From Burkholderiales bacterium (GTDB lineage: Bacteria > Pseudomonadota > Gammaproteobacteria > Burkholderiales > Usitatibacteraceae), in contig JANPNJ010000342.1 of the NCBI GenBank assembly GCA_031427395.1, positions 1 to 33,714 on the forward strand: a stretch of DNA of 33,714 nucleotides, in the 5' to 3' direction. The position numbers were made by a program, and so were the translations under genes. The notes beneath the pieces are model-generated. The model did not search any database and had not been told where the DNA came from. It was given only the letters and a program-made list of their open reading frames with translations. The stretch's first letter is position 1; each line of letters starts with the position of its first letter. This document shows, in pieces, positions 32,662 to 33,714 of the stretch.

Positions 32662-32838
32662 CTAGGCAGCGGGCGGCACGGGCGGGACAGGGTCTTCGCC
32701 CTCGGCGGATTCCGGAGCATCGGGATCGGCGGCGGCATCACCATGCCCGGCAGCCTTGCGCTGCTGTTTTTCTTCTTTTTTGGCTTTCTTGGCGAGCTCG
32801 CGCTGGCGTTTCGCAAAATTATAGTTTGGCTTTACCAA
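32662..32838 (-). CDS. Small charged hypothetical protein (58 aa)
   Basis: TTG 32836-32838 with GAGGG 7 nt upstream gives MVKPNYNFAKRQRELAKKAKKEEKQQRKAAGHGDAAADPDAPESAEGEDPVPPVPPAA. The 47 extra N-terminal residues of track ORF 32662..32979 have no RBS support. Confidence 0.45.
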   Translation of the reverse strand: MVKPNYNFAKRQRELAKKAKKEEKQQRKAAGHGDAAADPDAPESAEGEDPVPPVPPAA

Positions 32839-33145
32839 TGGATAACCCTCGAGTGTGGTGACGGGATCAAAATACGACGCGGCATTGCGTGGCACCGATC
32901 CGATGCCCGATTTTAACGCGAACACCGCGCCGACTGATAGCCGATCTTGCTGAAATGGACTTTTGGCGGATAACCACAACCCACATTAATAAAGCCAAAC
33001 TCCAGCAGGGACAAGCGTTTTCAGGCATAACATGCCCAAAGTCGGCTTGGATAAACGAGTTTGCCATAAGGGCGCGCCATGGCGGATTGACTCTGCCGAA
33101 ACAGCCATACTCGCGTAAACCAACTGGCAAACAAAGGGATGTCAC

Positions 33146-33714
33146 ATGAACCCAGCAAAAATAAACGCGCTGCTTGAGACTCTCCAGGCCGCCTGCAGTC
33201 GGCAATTTCGTTTTAACCCGCGCCGGGTCGCGGCGAACATGCGCTACAAGGGCAGCGAAGGCCATGGCGCCAGCGTGATCCATTTGTTTCGCGACAGCCA
33301 CAGCCATTCGATCATCGAGCTGAAATCAACTGTCGCCACACTGCGCGAGTCGGCGGAAAAAATCCATGGCACCCACCACGAAAAAGCCCACTGGACGCCT
33401 GCGGAAAAAGCGCGCTACCAACATTCCGATGCCGAGATCGACGCCGAGCTTGCGCAAAAACAAGCGACACTGGAATACACCCAAGCCTCCGCGTTATATC
33501 AGGATCACCGCGAACACCTGTTGTCGCATTACCCAAATTGGCCGAGCCACCAGGCCGGGGGTGTCACCGCCCGCGAGGCGGCGCGAACGTTGATTGCCGC
33601 GCTCAACGCTGCCAACGATGCGCGCCTCGCCGATTTTGCCAAACACATGCAAACCAGCGACAGTGAAGAGCTGGCGCATCTGTTGCTGGCACCTTGCCAT
33701 CTGGAGATTGAGCA
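33146..33714 (+). CDS. Hypothetical protein, 5' part (open reading frame continues past the right edge)
   Basis: ATG 33146 (AAGGGA 7 nt upstream). 189 codons without a stop, translated by hand: MNPAKINALLETLQAACSRQFRFNPRRVAANMRYKGSEGHGASVIHLFRDSHSHSIIELK... Not in the ORF track because no stop is reached. Confidence 0.5.
   Translation, partial: MNPAKINALLETLQAACSRQFRFNPRRVAANMRYKGSEGHGASVIHLFRDSHSHSIIELKSTVATLRESAEKIHGTHHEKAHWTPAEKARYQHSDAEIDAELAQKQATLEYTQASALYQDHREHLLSHYPNWPSHQAGGVTAREAARTLIAALNAANDARLADFAKHMQTSDSEELAHLLLAPCHLEIE

Noticed and set aside
32560-32916. 118-aa plus-strand ORF beginning MMVGYAHPTKN
   Set aside because: Its start is the translation of the REP palindrome, and the rest is antisense to the small charged protein gene.

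Overview
GC-rich proteobacterial chromosomal segment. Gene content and order (slmA, ybgC-tolQRAB-pal, fccAB, REP-type palindromes) look beta-proteobacterial, which is inference only. I recognised no rRNA, tRNA, CRISPR array, transposase or integrase.

Left quarter (1-7857, minus strand): one uninterrupted co-directional run, yebC - ybjQ-family - GNAT - ruvC - ruvA - ruvB - ybgC - tolQ - tolR - tolA - tolB - pal (5' part). Several junctions are 1-4 nt start/stop overlaps.

Middle: a yjgR-like HerA-type ATPase, slmA, an NTF2-like protein and rimJ. Then a lower-GC higBA toxin-antitoxin cassette whose near-consensus promoter has a 21-bp palindrome as spacer. Then fccAB (flavocytochrome c sulfide dehydrogenase), clpS-clpA, a cspA-type gene, rluE, a secreted Ala/Pro/Lys low-complexity protein and mnmA.

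Right half, less ordinary: two uncharacterised proteins, one with a TonB-like SxxxH anchor and Pro-rich spacer but a non-TonB C-terminus; then a DUF349 protein followed by an exported phosphodiester glycosidase.

Best candidate for something undescribed: an exported 792-aa fusion of FG-GAP repeats, a CXXCH heme-c module and a complete PHM/DBH-type copper-monooxygenase ligand set. It is co-directional with a GNAT and divergent from a lipoprotein N-acyl-D-amino-acid deacylase.

Right end: a small hypothetical protein; a MITE-like inverted REP pair that supplies the last ~18 codons and the stop of a lysine-tailed universal stress protein; malonyl-CoA decarboxylase; a second REP pair; a small charged protein; and an open-ended ORF at the right edge.

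Many long ORFs in the track are antisense or out-of-frame shadows typical of GC-rich DNA and were rejected. All functional calls rest on motif and family recognition by eye. No searches were run.
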